Source: Felis catus (Eukaryota). From it: a DNA stretch of 64,000 nt. The stretch spans positions 131,938,001-132,002,000 of the forward strand of contig NC_058368.1 in the NCBI RefSeq assembly GCF_018350175.1, written 5' to 3'. Shown here one piece after another: positions 1 through 13,279 of this stretch. Within the stretch, counting starts at the first letter, position 1; every line of letters begins with the position of its first letter. Position numbers and translations under genes: made by a program. The notes under the pieces are model-generated. The model searched no databases, was not told the origin of the DNA, and was given only the letters and a program-made list of their open reading frames with translations.

Positions 1-19
1 GAAGGGCAATAAGTAGAGC

Positions 20-370
20 AATAGTTGGAAGACTGCCCTGCAAGGCAGGAATCATAACTGATTCATCTCCATATGCCTGGTACTTGCCACAGTGACTGGC
101 AAAATAGAGGCATTCAACAAATAATTGCTGAAGGAATTAATGAAATTAACTTTTGTTTAAATGGGTGATATATAATGTATAAGGGGAAAAAGAAAATAAG
201 AATGCAGACAACTCAAGATTATCTATTTTTCTGAGCATGAATTTATGGTCAAATGAAGAGCACATAGGAACAAATAATGAACAAAGTAATTTCAGATGAT
301 AAGGGCTATGAAAATAATATGTAACAGGACAATCTGATACAGTGACTAGAGGACTACTTTAAATTGGGTA
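20..370. mobile_element. L2 fragments
   Basis: L2 3'-end motif (gactggc...attcaacaaataattgctgaaggaatt) followed by degraded antisense L2-like sequence. Confidence 0.5.
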
Positions 371-436
371 GATGTCAGAAAGGACCCAGTCAAAAGACAG
401 ACTTCACAAACAGTAATTAGAACACACACAAAAAAT

Positions 437-1497
437 ATTTTTTAACAGCTTTATTGAACCCTAACTTAAAGTGAACAATTTGATGTGTTTTGGCATTTGT
501 ATACATCTGTGAAACCTTCACCACAATCAAGACAGTGAACATATTCTTCAAGGTCCAACATGTTCTCATGCCCCTGAGTAATCCCATTTTCAATCCCCAG
601 GCAATTACTGAAGTTCTTTCTATCACTATAAAGCAGTTTGTATTTTCTACAATTGTATTTAAATAGAATCATGTACAGTATGTTCCCTTTTTTTGTCTGG
701 CTTCTTTCACTCAGTGTAAGTATTCTGAGATTTATCCATGCGGCTGTGTTTATCAGGAACATTCCTTTTATTACTAAATAGTATTCCATAATATAGATAC
801 TCCACAGGTTTTTGTATAGCCATATACTTTTCTCTTCGACAGAGATGTAGAACTGAAATGGCTAGGTCATATGATAGGTGTATGTTTAACTTACTGTTTT
901 CCAAACAGCTCATCCCATTTTACATTCCCACAAATAGTATATGAGATATCCTATCGCTCCATCCCCATTAACACTGGTGTAGTCACCCTTTAATTTTAGC
1001 CATTCTAATAGCTTGTAGTGTTATCTTGTGGTTTAATTTGCAATAATTAATAATGATGTTGAGCATCTTTTCATGTGCTTATTTGCCATCTGTATATGTA
1101 TTTTTGGTGAAGTATCCAAATCTTTTGCCCATTTTTATTATGTGTTTCCTGCTATTGGACTTTGAGTTCTTTACATACACTGGATACAAGTCTTTTCAGA
1201 TAGATGCTTTTGCAAATATTTTCTTCCAAATAGTCGCTTCTTTCTCGTCCTCATACCAGTGTCTTTTGAAAAACAAATTTTTCCATTTTGATGAGGTCTA
1301 ATTTGTTCACTTTTTTCATTTTTGGATTGAATTTTTGATGTTGTATCTAAAAAATCTTTGCCTAGCCCTAGGTCACAAAGATCTTACCCTATGTGTTCTT
1401 CTAGAAATTTTATGGTGTAAGATTTTACATTGATGTATATGATCCACTTTGAGTTAGTTTTTGTATATAGTATGAAGTATGAATCAAAATATGGTTT
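437..1497 (-). mobile_element. Old L1 (L1MB/L1MC-like) 3' fragment
   Basis: Antisense L1 motifs: ttttaacagctttattg, gttgagcatcttttcatgtgcttatttgccatctgtat. Confidence 0.85.
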
Positions 1498-1784
1498 AGT
1501 CATGAGTGCCTGAGGCAGTGAAGCAGTGTTAGGACTCTTCTGATTTGGGTAAAGGTAGGGCAGGTAATTTGAACTAAAACAACTAGAAAAGCTAGACAAA
1601 TATTTAAAATCTTAAAAAAAATTTTTTTTAACACATTGGAGAACTAATAAGAAAGTGAAGGAGGAATGTCAGGGCTAACAGCCAGTGAAGAATGGGGGAA
1701 ATGGCAGAAACAACCAATAGAAATAATTATGAAGGGACTCTAGAAATTGAAATTATCAGAAATACTCTTTAAAATAAATATACT

Positions 1785-2013
1785 GGGGCGCCTGGGTGGC
1801 GCAGTCGGTTAAGCGTCCAACTTCAGCCAGGTCACGATCTCGCGGTCCGTGAGTTCGAGCCCTCGTCAGCCTCTGGGCTGATGGCTCGGAGCCTGGAGCC
1901 TGTTTCCGATTCTGTGTCTCCCTCTCTCTCTGCCCCTCCCCTGTTCATGCTCTGTCTCTCTCTGTCCCAAAAATAAATAAAAACGCTGAAAAAAAAATTT
2001 AAAAAAAAAAAAT
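1785..2013 (+). mobile_element. Young felid SINE (SINEC_Fc-type)
   Basis: ggggcgcctgggtggcgcagtcggttaagcgtcc head with CpGs retained, (CT)n, A-tail; TSD aaaataaatatact at 1771-1784 and 2014-2027. Confidence 0.97.
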
Positions 2014-2049
2014 AAAATAAATATACTTACTTTGTTCAAAAAGTCAAGG

Positions 2050-4460
2050 ATAAAACTGAGTGACTACCCCTCTTAAGAAATTAGAAAAGAGAAAAGCAAA
2101 TTAAACCCAAAGAAAGAAGAAATAAATAATAAAAAATAAAAGCAGAAATTAGTGCAGTATAAAACATGCATGTAAGTATAGCGATGACAAAGACAAACAC
2201 ATTCTTTTAAAAGATTAATCACATTGCTAAACTCTTCATTAACTTGGATAGGGAAAAAAAGGTGTAAATAATCAATAACAATTTAAAAAAAAACATAATT
2301 ACAGATCCCATGAACACTAAAAGACAATACAAACAAACTTATGCTACTAATAAATATTGCACCTTACTAAGACTAACCTAAGAAGAGGTAGGATTCTTAG
2401 TTAGAAGTAGAATGTTACTTCTAACTTAGAGAAATCAAGTCCATAGTTTAAGATTCACAAATAACACCAATCTCACAGAAACTCTACCAGACAATAAAAA
2501 CAGAATGCTTTACTATTCTATTTATGAAGACTGTATAAGAAAACCTGGTAAAGACATTTCAAGAAAAGATAATTATAGGCCAAACCCCATAAATTCTAAG
2601 CTAAATACTAGTTTATCAAATGAAGCAATATTTTCAGTGCATTATACATTCTTATAAAATTGGATATATTCCAGGCATGTAAATTTGGTTTAAGATTAAA
2701 AATCAACCGATGTAACTTACCACATTAATAGAATCAAGGGAAAAACATTTTATCATTTTGATAGAAGGAGAAAGAGCATTTAATAAAATTCAACAAGTGT
2801 TCATGATTTTAGCAAAAAGTTCTAGCACACTAGAAATAGGACTGCTGTTAAAAGCATACCTAAAACAACCTATCGCAAATATGCAGAATGGTATGATGAT
2901 AAAATGCACATTATAATTTCTTTTATTCAACATCATTATAGTCATGAAGATTTACTGGAAAACTTAGCTGGTATAATAATAAAGAATCAGAGGTAAAAAC
3001 ATTTAGAAAAAAAGGAAGTGTAAAGATACTGACTTTCTCCAAATGGTTCTATAGTTTCAGTGCAGTTTTAATCAAAATCCAACAGGTTCTGTGGAACCTG
3101 ATAAGCTGATTCTAAAATGTATAGGGAAATCCAAGTGGCTAAGAGAGTCATAAGGGAGATCAAGATGGTGACAAGCATATGTCATCTGATATCTTATACA
3201 TTTACATAATTAAGATCGTGTAGGGTTGGTACGATGAGTGACAGATATGTGAAGCCTGGAAAGTTGGTCCTGCAAAGCAGTGAGGAAAGGAGAGTCTTTT
3301 TAGTGATGGTGCTTGAACTACTAGATTATTAATTTAAGGATAGAAAAATACTTGAACCCTTACACCATACATAAAATCAATTCCAGATAGACTATAAATC
3401 TAAATGGGAAAAGCATAAAAATAAAACTTCTAGAATATAATTTAGGAGAATGTCCTTATGACCTTTCTGTAGATATTTAAGGATTGGGACACAAAAAGAA
3501 CGAATTGTAAAGCAAATGTTTGCTAAATGTTACTATGTTAAAATTAAAAATGTTCTGTTCATTAAAGACACCCTGAAGTAAGTGAAAAGGCAAGCCATGG
3601 AATGGGAAAAGATATTTACAAGATAGCCAGAAGATCTAAGGAACTGTTATTAATCAAGGAGAAAGATAAATAACTCAAAGAAAAATGAGCAAAAGACTTC
3701 AATAGCCACTTAACAAAGGAAAATATCCAATGCCCAATAATCCTAAGAAAAATGTGCTCAACCTCATGTATGTTCAGGAAAATGTAAATTGAAGCCAATA
3801 TTACACGCACTCTCCAGAAGAATGACAATATCTATTGTTACTAAGAATGTGGAACATTGGGACTCTGATCCTTTGGTGTTGAGAATGTAAGTTGATATAA
3901 CCACTTTAGAAAACCATAGGCGTTTTTTGCTAAAGTTAAAAATACATATACTCTGAGACCCACTGATTCTACTAATTCTTTGGTACCTAGTCATCAGAAA
4001 TGTATGCAGTGTACAAGAATGTTGTTCATGGTAGCATTATCTCTAACAGCCAAAACAAACAAACACAGCACAAATACCCATCAACAGTGGAATGATTCAA
4101 AAATGTAAATATATTCATATAACACTATATACCAATGAAAATTAATTACCGATAACTACACACAAAAGAAATATATATTAATTCATTTACATAAAATGAA
4201 AAAAAACATGCAGACTTAAGTAGTATTTGGTAAAGAAAAGAAAGGATGTGATTATCACAAAGGACATTTTGGTGGTTGCTTTTGTCCCAGAAGGAAGGGT
4301 TAGATAGTAGCTGGGATGGGCAGCAGGGGTACTTCTACAGGGCCAGCAGGGTTTGATTTCCTGACTTGGCTGTTTATTTTGTGATACATCATTGAGCTCT
4401 ACATTTGAAATCTGTGCACTTTTTAGTATTTGCATTACATTTTACAATAAATGCAATATT
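2050..4460 (+). mobile_element. Highly degraded old L1 (ORF2 remnant plus 3' UTR)
   Basis: A-rich L1 ORF2-like motifs (gagcaaaagacttcaatagccact, aagctgattctaaaatgtatagggaaat); no open frame. Confidence 0.8.
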
Positions 4461-4474
4461 AAAAACACACACAC

Positions 4475-4680
4475 GGGGCGCCTGGGTGGCTCAGTAGGTT
4501 GAGCGTCCGATTTCAGCTCAGGTCATGATCTCACAGCTGGTGAGTTCGAGCCCCACGTCAGGCTCTGTGCTGACAGCTCGGAGCCTGGAGCCTGCTTTGG
4601 ATTCTGTGTGTGTGTCTCTCTCTGCCCCTAACCCACTCGCATTCTGTCTCTATCTCTCTCAAAAATAAATAAACATTATA
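4475..4680 (+). mobile_element. Carnivore SINE (SINEC)
   Basis: tRNA-like head, CT-rich body, A-tail, flanking aaaacacac repeats. Confidence 0.95.
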
Positions 4681-4854
4681 AAACACATACACACACACAA
4701 AGGCAAGAGGTCCTAATAAAGAATTAAAAACTCCTGTCCACTAGATACTTTTATCCTTTTGGTTTCCAACTATGTGTTATTTCCAAACTCTTCTTAACAG
4801 CTTTCTCCTGTCAGCCTACTAACCATCATCACCTGACTCAGTTTAATGACTGCG

Positions 4855-5190
4855 ACAACAATAATAGCAACTACCATTTCAAAAATACATGTGCCAGCCT
4901 CTACACTACAAGATTTATTTATATTATTTAACTTCAGGGGGCATCTGGCTGGCTCAGTTGGTAGACCATGCAACTCTCAATCTCAGAGTAATAAGTTCAA
5001 GCCCCTTGTTGGGCATAGACTTTGATAGATGATAGATAGGTAGACAGATAATATAACTTCACACAGTGATTCTACATAGGTAGGCATTACTGTCCCCATT
5101 TTATAGATGAGAAAACTGAGGCTCTGAGAGATTAGTTTTGCCCATTTCACACAATTGTGGAGTTAGAAGACTTTGAACATTTGGGTCTTT
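4855..5190 (-). mobile_element. MIR containing a short SINEC_old-type insert (4937-5053, +)
   Basis: MIR core ccccattttatagatgagaaaactgaggc; insert TSD taacttca. Confidence 0.85.
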
Positions 5191-6628
5191 CCATTTTATC
5201 AACCTCCAGCAGAAAGTCTATGCACTTTTTACTTTTTGCCTGCTTTTCTGGAATGTTCTTGTAGGTTTTATTCTCACTTCTTCTCACTGATTGAGAAAAC
5301 GCACAGCTCAAGGACCATTTTCTTATACCTTTGGTTGCCCCTTCTATACAATATTCTAACAACCCAACTCAGATCTGCCTGCTAAAGATTTTCCCTTTCA
5401 GCAATGAAATTGTATTTTATAGAGTAATTTTACAAGATTTTCCATGTTAGCTTAACTCTTTTCAAAAAATTTACTAAAGAAGCCAAGATATAAAATCAGA
5501 AGACTGCTATAATTCCTTTTGGTGGCAGATAACATTAGAGGATCTCAATTTTTGAAAACCAGTAAGGTGTCATGGTTAAAAGTATATATAGCCTTTGAAG
5601 TCAGACAGATCTAGGTTTGAGTCTTATCTCTTCCACTGATACCTATCTGCTCTTGGATAAACTATATAACATAGCTGTGTATTTCTGAAGGGTCTTGATC
5701 ACTATCAACTAAAATTTAAGCCAAAGGATGGGATATTGAGATAGCACACAAAATGGAACATAGCTGAATGGCCAAGCTTCAAGATGAGTGAGAAGACCAG
5801 GGACCTTGGATGTAGGAGCTCCTGGACTTTTTCCAGGATCGATCATCAAACAACTCACCCTACGTTCTTTCTAGAGCACCCAGCTCCTAGGAGACAGACA
5901 CTGACTGATTGATAATGTGTTACTGTGTCAACAGGGGCAGGATCTATTAGAAGAAGGGACCAAAAACACACTAGAGGCAAACAAAAACATATCTACAGTA
6001 CTTGGCCTCTCCTAGCCTCAGTTTCCTTGGGTATATTCATTTGTTTATTGTAAGGTTTAAGTATGTAAAATGTATATTATCTAAAATATATGGTAACTTT
6101 GGTGGCAACAGCATCACTTTGTACTGACCCAAAGCTCTGTGTTGAAAGATGATCTTCAGGTCTAGGATCTCAAGGGGTATTTTTGGAGAGTTAATAAGGA
6201 TGTTCTCCCCGTATTACAATGAGCTGGCTAAAGTTATAGTCAAAGCCTCAGTATAGTTCTGAGGCTTATTGTTCTCATTCCTCTGGAAAGCTGGCTCTAT
6301 TCCCTCAACCATATGGCTTGGTCCTGAGAGGTTGGTTTTGCAGTATTTTGTGATGTCCAGCTTTTTCCCTGAATTCCCTCTTCTTCTACCCATTTGCCCA
6401 ATCAAAGTGCTACTCATCTTCTATAGTCCCCTTGATGTATAATGTGACTAAAGGAAACAACACTGGGGTACTACAATAACCTTTAGTCATTAGTTGGCAT
6501 ATTTCCTTGTCCAAGTAGGGTATCTGGCAATAAGTTCTTTAAATGATTTATCACATTGACCTCAAATGCTTCAGAAAACTGAATTCTGTTAGTTTTGTCA
6601 TGGAAGAACAGAAGCCCTTAATTTGAAC

Positions 6629-7143
6629 TGATAGTTAATTTTTTGTGTCAGTTTTACTGGGCCACAGGGTGCCCAGATATCTGGTCAAACATTATTTTGG
6701 GTGTGTCTCTGAAGGTGTTTCTGGATGAGACTCACAGTTGAATCAGTAGACTGAGTAAAGTAGATTGCCCTCCCTAGTATAGATGGTTCTCATCCAAATA
6801 GTTCAAGGTTTAAATAGAATAAAAAGGCTGACCTTCTTGAGAAGGTAATAGAGAACTCCTCCTGCCTGATTGCCTTGAGCCAGTCTTTTCCTGCCTCCAG
6901 AATCAAACTGAAACATCAGCTCATCTTGGGTTTCAAACCTCTGGCTTTCAGACTAAAATTTAAACCCTCACTTCTGCTGGTTCTTAGACCTTCAGACTCA
7001 AATTGGATCTCTAGCTTACCAACTGCAGATCCAGGACTTCTTAGAATTCATAATCTTGTGAGCCAATTCCCTACAATAAATCTCTTTCTACATATATATA
7101 TATGCATCCTGTTGGTCCTCTTCTTCTGGAGAATCCTAATATG
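6629..7143 (+). mobile_element. MLT2-type (ERVL) solo LTR
   Basis: Begins tgatagttaatttt...gggtgcccagatatctggtcaaacattatt; ends aataaatctctttcta...ctggagaatcctaata. Confidence 0.88.
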
Positions 7144-7388
7144 CCTGATAAATTCAAAACAAAAAACCATTTTTATGCTTTTCCAGTTGAGTGTTTGTTT
7201 TCTAGCATCCTAGTCTCAGTTCAAAAAGGAAAGCAAAGAGGGGAGGAGAAATCTTCTTTTAAAAAATACAGCTCCCTCAAAACATTTTAAATCACTAACA
7301 ATTTAGTATCCTGGCCTGGATGTGCTTGACAGTTGGAAAACAGACCACTACCCACACAAAAAAAAGCCCTATAGAAAATGGAGTTCTT

Positions 7389-7517
7389 GGGGCTGCCTGG
7401 CTGGCTCAGTCGGTGAAGCATATGACTCTTGATCTCAGGGTTGTAAGGTCAAGCGCCACGTTGGGTGTAGAGATTACTTAAAAATAAATAAGTAAATAAA
7501 ATCTGTTAAGAAAAAAG
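7389..7517 (+). mobile_element. Short SINEC_old-type SINE
   Basis: TSD aaatggagttctt at 7376-7388 and 7518-7530. Confidence 0.92.
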
Positions 7518-9714
7518 AAATGGAGTTCTTGACTTAGCAGATGATACTCCATTGTTTGTTTTTTTTTACCTTGAAGATATCTATATATCACTCTCATAAG
7601 ATACAAAAATGAAAGAGATACCACTTGGTATTAATACTGCTCTCAAATTTAACACGTGTAATGCAATGTCTTACCTTGGATCTTTTCCGCTTGTCTCTTT
7701 ATGGTTTTAGTTGTATCATGTTACTGCGATGTTCCACAGAATGGCTAGCACAGTCCTATGCACTTCTCTACCCACCCATCCCACCTCCATCCCTCAGTGG
7801 TTGCATGGTGAACATGAGCAGAGTCATTCTTCCAGGGTTTGTAAAGTCCTTTGGGATTATTGAGTATGAATGGTGTTATATAAATGTCAGATTGTTTCAT
7901 AACAGTTCTTAAAACAATGAGATAATGTCTGTTAAAGGATTTTAAGTTCCATGGAGAAATGCAAGGCATAAAAACAAGTCATTTTTTATGTTATATCTAT
8001 ATATTTTTGCTGTACAATTTAAAACATTATATCCTTTAAAGATATAAATGCTTGAGTATGTCTGTGTCTGTGTGCATGTGCATACATATGTGTTTGTGTG
8101 TGCGTGTGTATGTGTACATGCACACTGCTGACTCTATAGCATTAAATAACCAGATTCTGTTGCTTCATTTTGTTATTTGGGTCCAATAAATTTGTCACCA
8201 TAAATACTGCCAGAGTAAATTAGAAATCTAAAGTGATCTCTTTGAGGATTAAATACAGTCTTTATCTTTTAAGTTTTGTACTTGTACAATACTGAATTTT
8301 TTTCTTGAATACATTATGATTTACTGAGTTTTATAAAGACTTCAATGAAGTCACTTATTTAAAATAATTCCTGAATCCCTCTTTTTGAGCTCCAGGCCCA
8401 CATTTTCAATTCCCTTTTTAAACATGTTTACTTAAAACTAATAGTGACCAAAATTAAGTGTATTTTCTTCCCCACAAAAATAAGCCCCTGACCTAATTTC
8501 CCTACTAGTACTGTTAATGGCACCTCTGTTTTTCCAATAAGCCAAGTTAAAAAGATTTCGTATCACCTTTGGTTTCTACTTCTTTACTTACCCCTCAGCC
8601 CTACCTCCATAAAACATCCCTCTGTTTATAGGTACAAATCATTTCCATTACTTCATCCATTGCTCTAGGTGTGTCTCTTACTACCTGTTCCTAAAATACT
8701 GAAGTTAATTCCTTTTGTTTTTCCTTGTCTCCGGTGTTTCCTAATGCCAGTTAGCCCTACACTTGTGAAGTTAAAACACAAAGACCTGGGTTTTAATCCT
8801 ACCTTTGTTTTATATTGGTTGTTTCCCTCAGGAAATTTACTTGAACTCTCTAAATCTCAGCTTCTTTATCTTGAAAATAATTACCTACTGGGTTAATTCA
8901 CTGTGATAATTCACTACGATGATGTATTGTTCCAGTTTGTACTTTACTGGTTTCATTATGCAAGAATTATTCAAGCTGCTTTAAGGGGGATTCTTATACA
9001 CAGTGGAGTCTCATGAATACTCAAAGACAACAACCAATGAGTAGCAATACAGCATGTGATCAGAAACTAAGGCTGTTCTCCTTCCAAAGCTATGTAATCT
9101 GCTTTTCCCTTTGTTTCTCTTCTTCTTTTTCTAAGTCTGTCCTGTACTCTTCTTTCTGTGCACAGTCTTCTATTTTTATTCTCCATTAGAGAATAAAAGA
9201 AGTCTGTATAAAAGAATAATTAGAAGTCTGTGTTGCACATGGTCTCAAATGACCACCCCAACTATGAACATGCATATCCCTTTGCCTATCACCAACTGGT
9301 TCAGTCTCACCGTATTTGTAAAAACGGAATCTGACTGGCCCATCTCATATTTTGATTCGCTACACAAGTCATAGTATATCTCCTTATATGCCCCCCCTAA
9401 CCCCAGCTTCTCAGGCTAAGAGAGGGAACCGCAGTTGTGAAAAAGAAAGAATCCAGTAGAAGCGGGTATAGACAAGCTAGTAATGATTGACATCTATACA
9501 AATTTTATGTAAAGTACTTAGCCTAGTGCTCAGTGAGTAGTAATTATTATTTTCATAGACCAAAATAAACCAACCAAAGTCAAGCTCTCCATCTCTGTCA
9601 TTCTTAGATACATATACACATATATGTATGAAAACATAAAAAATAAAGAACCTGTAGTTAGGAGCATGGGCCTGGAGCCATCAGATATGAGTTAGAGGTA
9701 TAAATCTGTTATTT

Positions 9715-9921
9715 TTTGTTTATTCATTTCTGAGAATGAAAGAGAGAGAGCATGAGCAAGCCGGGGAGGGGCAGGGAGAGAGGGAGACACAGAATCCAAA
9801 GCAGGCTCCAGGCTTCGAGCTGTCAGCATAGAGCCCGACGTGGGGCTCGAATGCGCAAACCTTGAGATTATGACTTGAGCTGAAGTTGGGTGCTTAACCA
9901 ACTGAGCCACCCAGGTGCCCC
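9715..9921 (-). mobile_element. SINEC inserted in a MIR
   Basis: TSD tataaatctgttattt at 9699-9714 and 9922-9937. Confidence 0.95.
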
Positions 9922-10809
9922 TATAAATCTGTTATTTAAAACCTATGTGATCTTAGACAAATTACTTACTTTCTCTATCCTACAGTTTCTTCATTTGTAA
10001 AATGAAGTTAGGAGTCTTATGGTTTCAAATAGTTAATCAGGTTTCTACTGAAAAATTTCCTTCAGGGCTATAGGTAGAACTGATTCCAGGCACAGCATTA
10101 TCAGAGGCTAAAATAATGTCAAGTGGACCTAGATTTTCTCTTTATATCTCCATTTCTTGATTCTGCCTTTACCCCCATGCCCACACACACATCCCTGTTT
10201 GTGCCATTCAGGCTTTCCCCATGGGGTTGAATAGTCATAATAGCTACTCCTCACATCTTTCCACATTCTAATCCAGTGGACAAGGATACTTCCATTTGAC
10301 AAAAATCTATCTCATTGTCACTGATGCTGTCATGTACCCATCCCTGCAACAATTACTGTAGCTATGGAATTAAAGGCTCTAACTGGCCAGTCCTGAGTAG
10401 TCACATGCCATTTCTCAAGCCAGAGATAGAGTTGGCACCACTAGAGTCACATGGACGCAGGAGTGCAGGGAGAAACGTGTCCACCACAATGGTAATACCA
10501 ACCTCATATGATTGTCCAGAGGATCATCTTAAAGTAAGCAGAAACCCTTGACCTGTGCCCATCCTGTTCTCCAGCAAACTATATACAGAATCCTCAAGAT
10601 CTGCCGTAATAGAGATGTTAAGTCCTTTCTTCCATTATTTCCTCAGATAGAGTCTTTATTCTCCCCAAACTGCCTTCATGATACACCCCCACTCTTTCTG
10701 GTCTGTGTCATGTTATTTATGCAATGCCATTGACCTGAACACCTTCTACCACTTTAGTCTATGGTATTTTTATCTTTTATGTCCTATATCAAACACTATA
10801 CCTCCTATA

Positions 10810-11037
10810 GGGGCACCTGGGTGGTTCAGTGAGTTAAGCATCCTACTTCGGCTCAGGTCATGAATTCGAGCTTGTGAGTTCGAGCCCAATGTCAGGCTCT
10901 GTGCAAACAGCTCAGAGCCTGGAGCCTGCTTCTGATTCTGTCTCCCTATCTCTCTGCTCCTCCCCTGTTCACGCTCTATCTCTCCCTCTCTCTCAAAAAT
11001 AAATAAACATTAAAAAAAAAAAACAAAACTAAAAAAA
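10810..11037 (+). mobile_element. SINEC
   Basis: Full head and tail; TSD tacctcctata. Confidence 0.95.
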
Positions 11038-11335
11038 CCCCACTACCTCCTATAAACCTTTTCCAAACTTCCTTAGGCTATGTTTAAAATAGGTTATTGG
11101 GTTATTGATTCCTTTGACAGATGATTCCCCAATCTACATTTCTAGATACAAGCCTCAGATACATTTGAAAATGCATTTCCCTGGATATCTTGGTGAATTT
11201 CTCATGCTACTCACCATATTCTTCCTTATATTAATCCTCTATGTCAGTCTATATCATAAATTCTTAAGGCTCACAATAAATATGTATCTCCTTGAATTAA
11301 ATACAATTTTACTTAAGACAAAATTTTAACCTTAC

Positions 11336-11489
11336 CTTAACAAGGAATTTTATACTCTTGATTCTAGTATATTTTAGACATTTAACAATGTAAAACCAAT
11401 GTATAATCAGTAATCCACAATGCTGATTCCACAATGACATAAAAACCTATTTTTCCCAGGCTTGCTTTTTCCTTATAAGCATTAGGATT
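11336..11489 (-). pseudogene. Second decayed transmembrane-like exon
   Basis: KIGFYVIV[fs]ISIV[fs]LLIIHWFYIVKCLKYTRIKSIKFLVK; strong donor AAG|gtaagg; acceptor context weak. Confidence 0.35.
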
Positions 11490-13279
11490 CTATATTTGTT
11501 TTCCTGTTCACTAATCCATATTTATTTATTGAGTGCCACTACATTCTAAGCATTATTCAAGACAGTGAGGATAAAACAGAACGAACTGATGAAGTGTCTG
11601 TTCTCATGGGCCTTACACTCCTGTTGAGAGTTGGGAATGGGGTGGGTAGAGACTGGCAGTAAAGAAGTAAATATACAATATTATGTGAGGTAATGCCAAT
11701 TCTACCAGTTTTAAGTTGACAGAAAGGTTGTTTGCTTTTAATAGCGCGGTGTTTCAAGATTAGTGTTGCAAAGGAAATTACTTGAGGGCAGACTTTGAGT
11801 AAAGGAAGGGAAAGAATATATTATACTGCTTCCTTCCCATTGCTATCCCAGAGAATGCCTTTTCAGCTTCTTTAAAATTGTTACTTTTTAATCTCTCTCT
11901 GAGCTTGCATTAGCCATTTTATGTTATGAACAGTCAGCTTCCTTTGACTTCCTCTAAATATCAAGAGACATTCCTAAGAACTGTTCTCAAAACATGTTGA
12001 GTTTTACTATGTAATAGCAATCTTTGTTGAACATTAAACTTTAAGTTAGCTCATTTGGTTATGTATTTATAAAGGCGAATAGAATTCTTTAGATATTTAA
12101 TATTATTACTAGTTTAAAATAACATGCACATAAAATATGTGCATATAATCACAAATATGCCTATTTCTAATTCAGATTTAGCAAGTGCTGTATTTTTAAA
12201 AATTCAACTCTGAGTTGAACTGATATATTGTTTGTGATTTTATGGGATAGCTTAAAATTTTTAGTTCAATAATAGAAGGATGGCAAGAGTTTCCGAACAG
12301 TTACATCATTTCTCAAAGCTGAAGAAATTCCAATACAGAGATTGTCGTGTTTATATTGTTCATTCTGTACTGCGTTCTCCACATGGCCTCTCTGTGCCAA
12401 GCATTTTCCACACTCTTCACATCTCCAGTGCCAACCCTGCTTCTCTCCCCAACCTTGCACAGATTACCTCATCTTTACTCTTTTGAAAAGACCATCTAAT
12501 ATGAGCTTCTCTCCACCTCAGAATTTCTGTTTCCCCACACATTTCTCTGGCCTGCCTTTTCTCGCAGCACAAAGCGACCCCAGTTCTTTTCAAGGCTGTC
12601 CATCTCCCTGCCCCTCCCGACAGTCTTCAGAAGCCTTTTCTTCTCCTTAGCCTTTCGCAGAAGTCTCCATATCCACTGATTTTTTTTTCCCTTCTCTTTC
12701 AATTTTTCATTTCTTCCCTGACCTTAAAGATAATGTTTTAACCTTGTTTCTTCTGTGTGCTCCCTTTCCAAACGCTGCCTTTCACTGTTAACCTGTTTCT
12801 GAAGAGAGTAGTCTGAAGCCCCCACCTGTCCTTGTTGACAACTATTATTTCTTGGGATCTAGATACCCAACTTCACAAGTGTACAAATCCTGTTCTTTCA
12901 AAAATCAGCAGTCACCCATACTCACTGCCCTTTCTCAGTCCTCACACTGCCCTAAGGAACTTCATTCTACTTAACCACCATTGCCTCTTCAGGCTTACAA
13001 CATAGGGATCCCAGTTGTGTTTCTAAAATACACCTTTTACTCTTCAATAGCAAAAATAAACATTTAAAAGTCCAGATATACAAAATAATATTAGGTAATG
13101 ATAATATTGCTTTTTTATCCACTGTCAGAAAGTTGGAGTTTTTTCCCTATTAGCAATCTCCAGGGAGGCTAGCACTGGAAAGGAAATTATTAGCAGATTT
13201 TTTCAAATAAAGGCAGAGAAAAGTCATAATTTACCACTTCCTTCCTAGTGATGCCCTGAAAAATGCCTTTTTAGGATCT

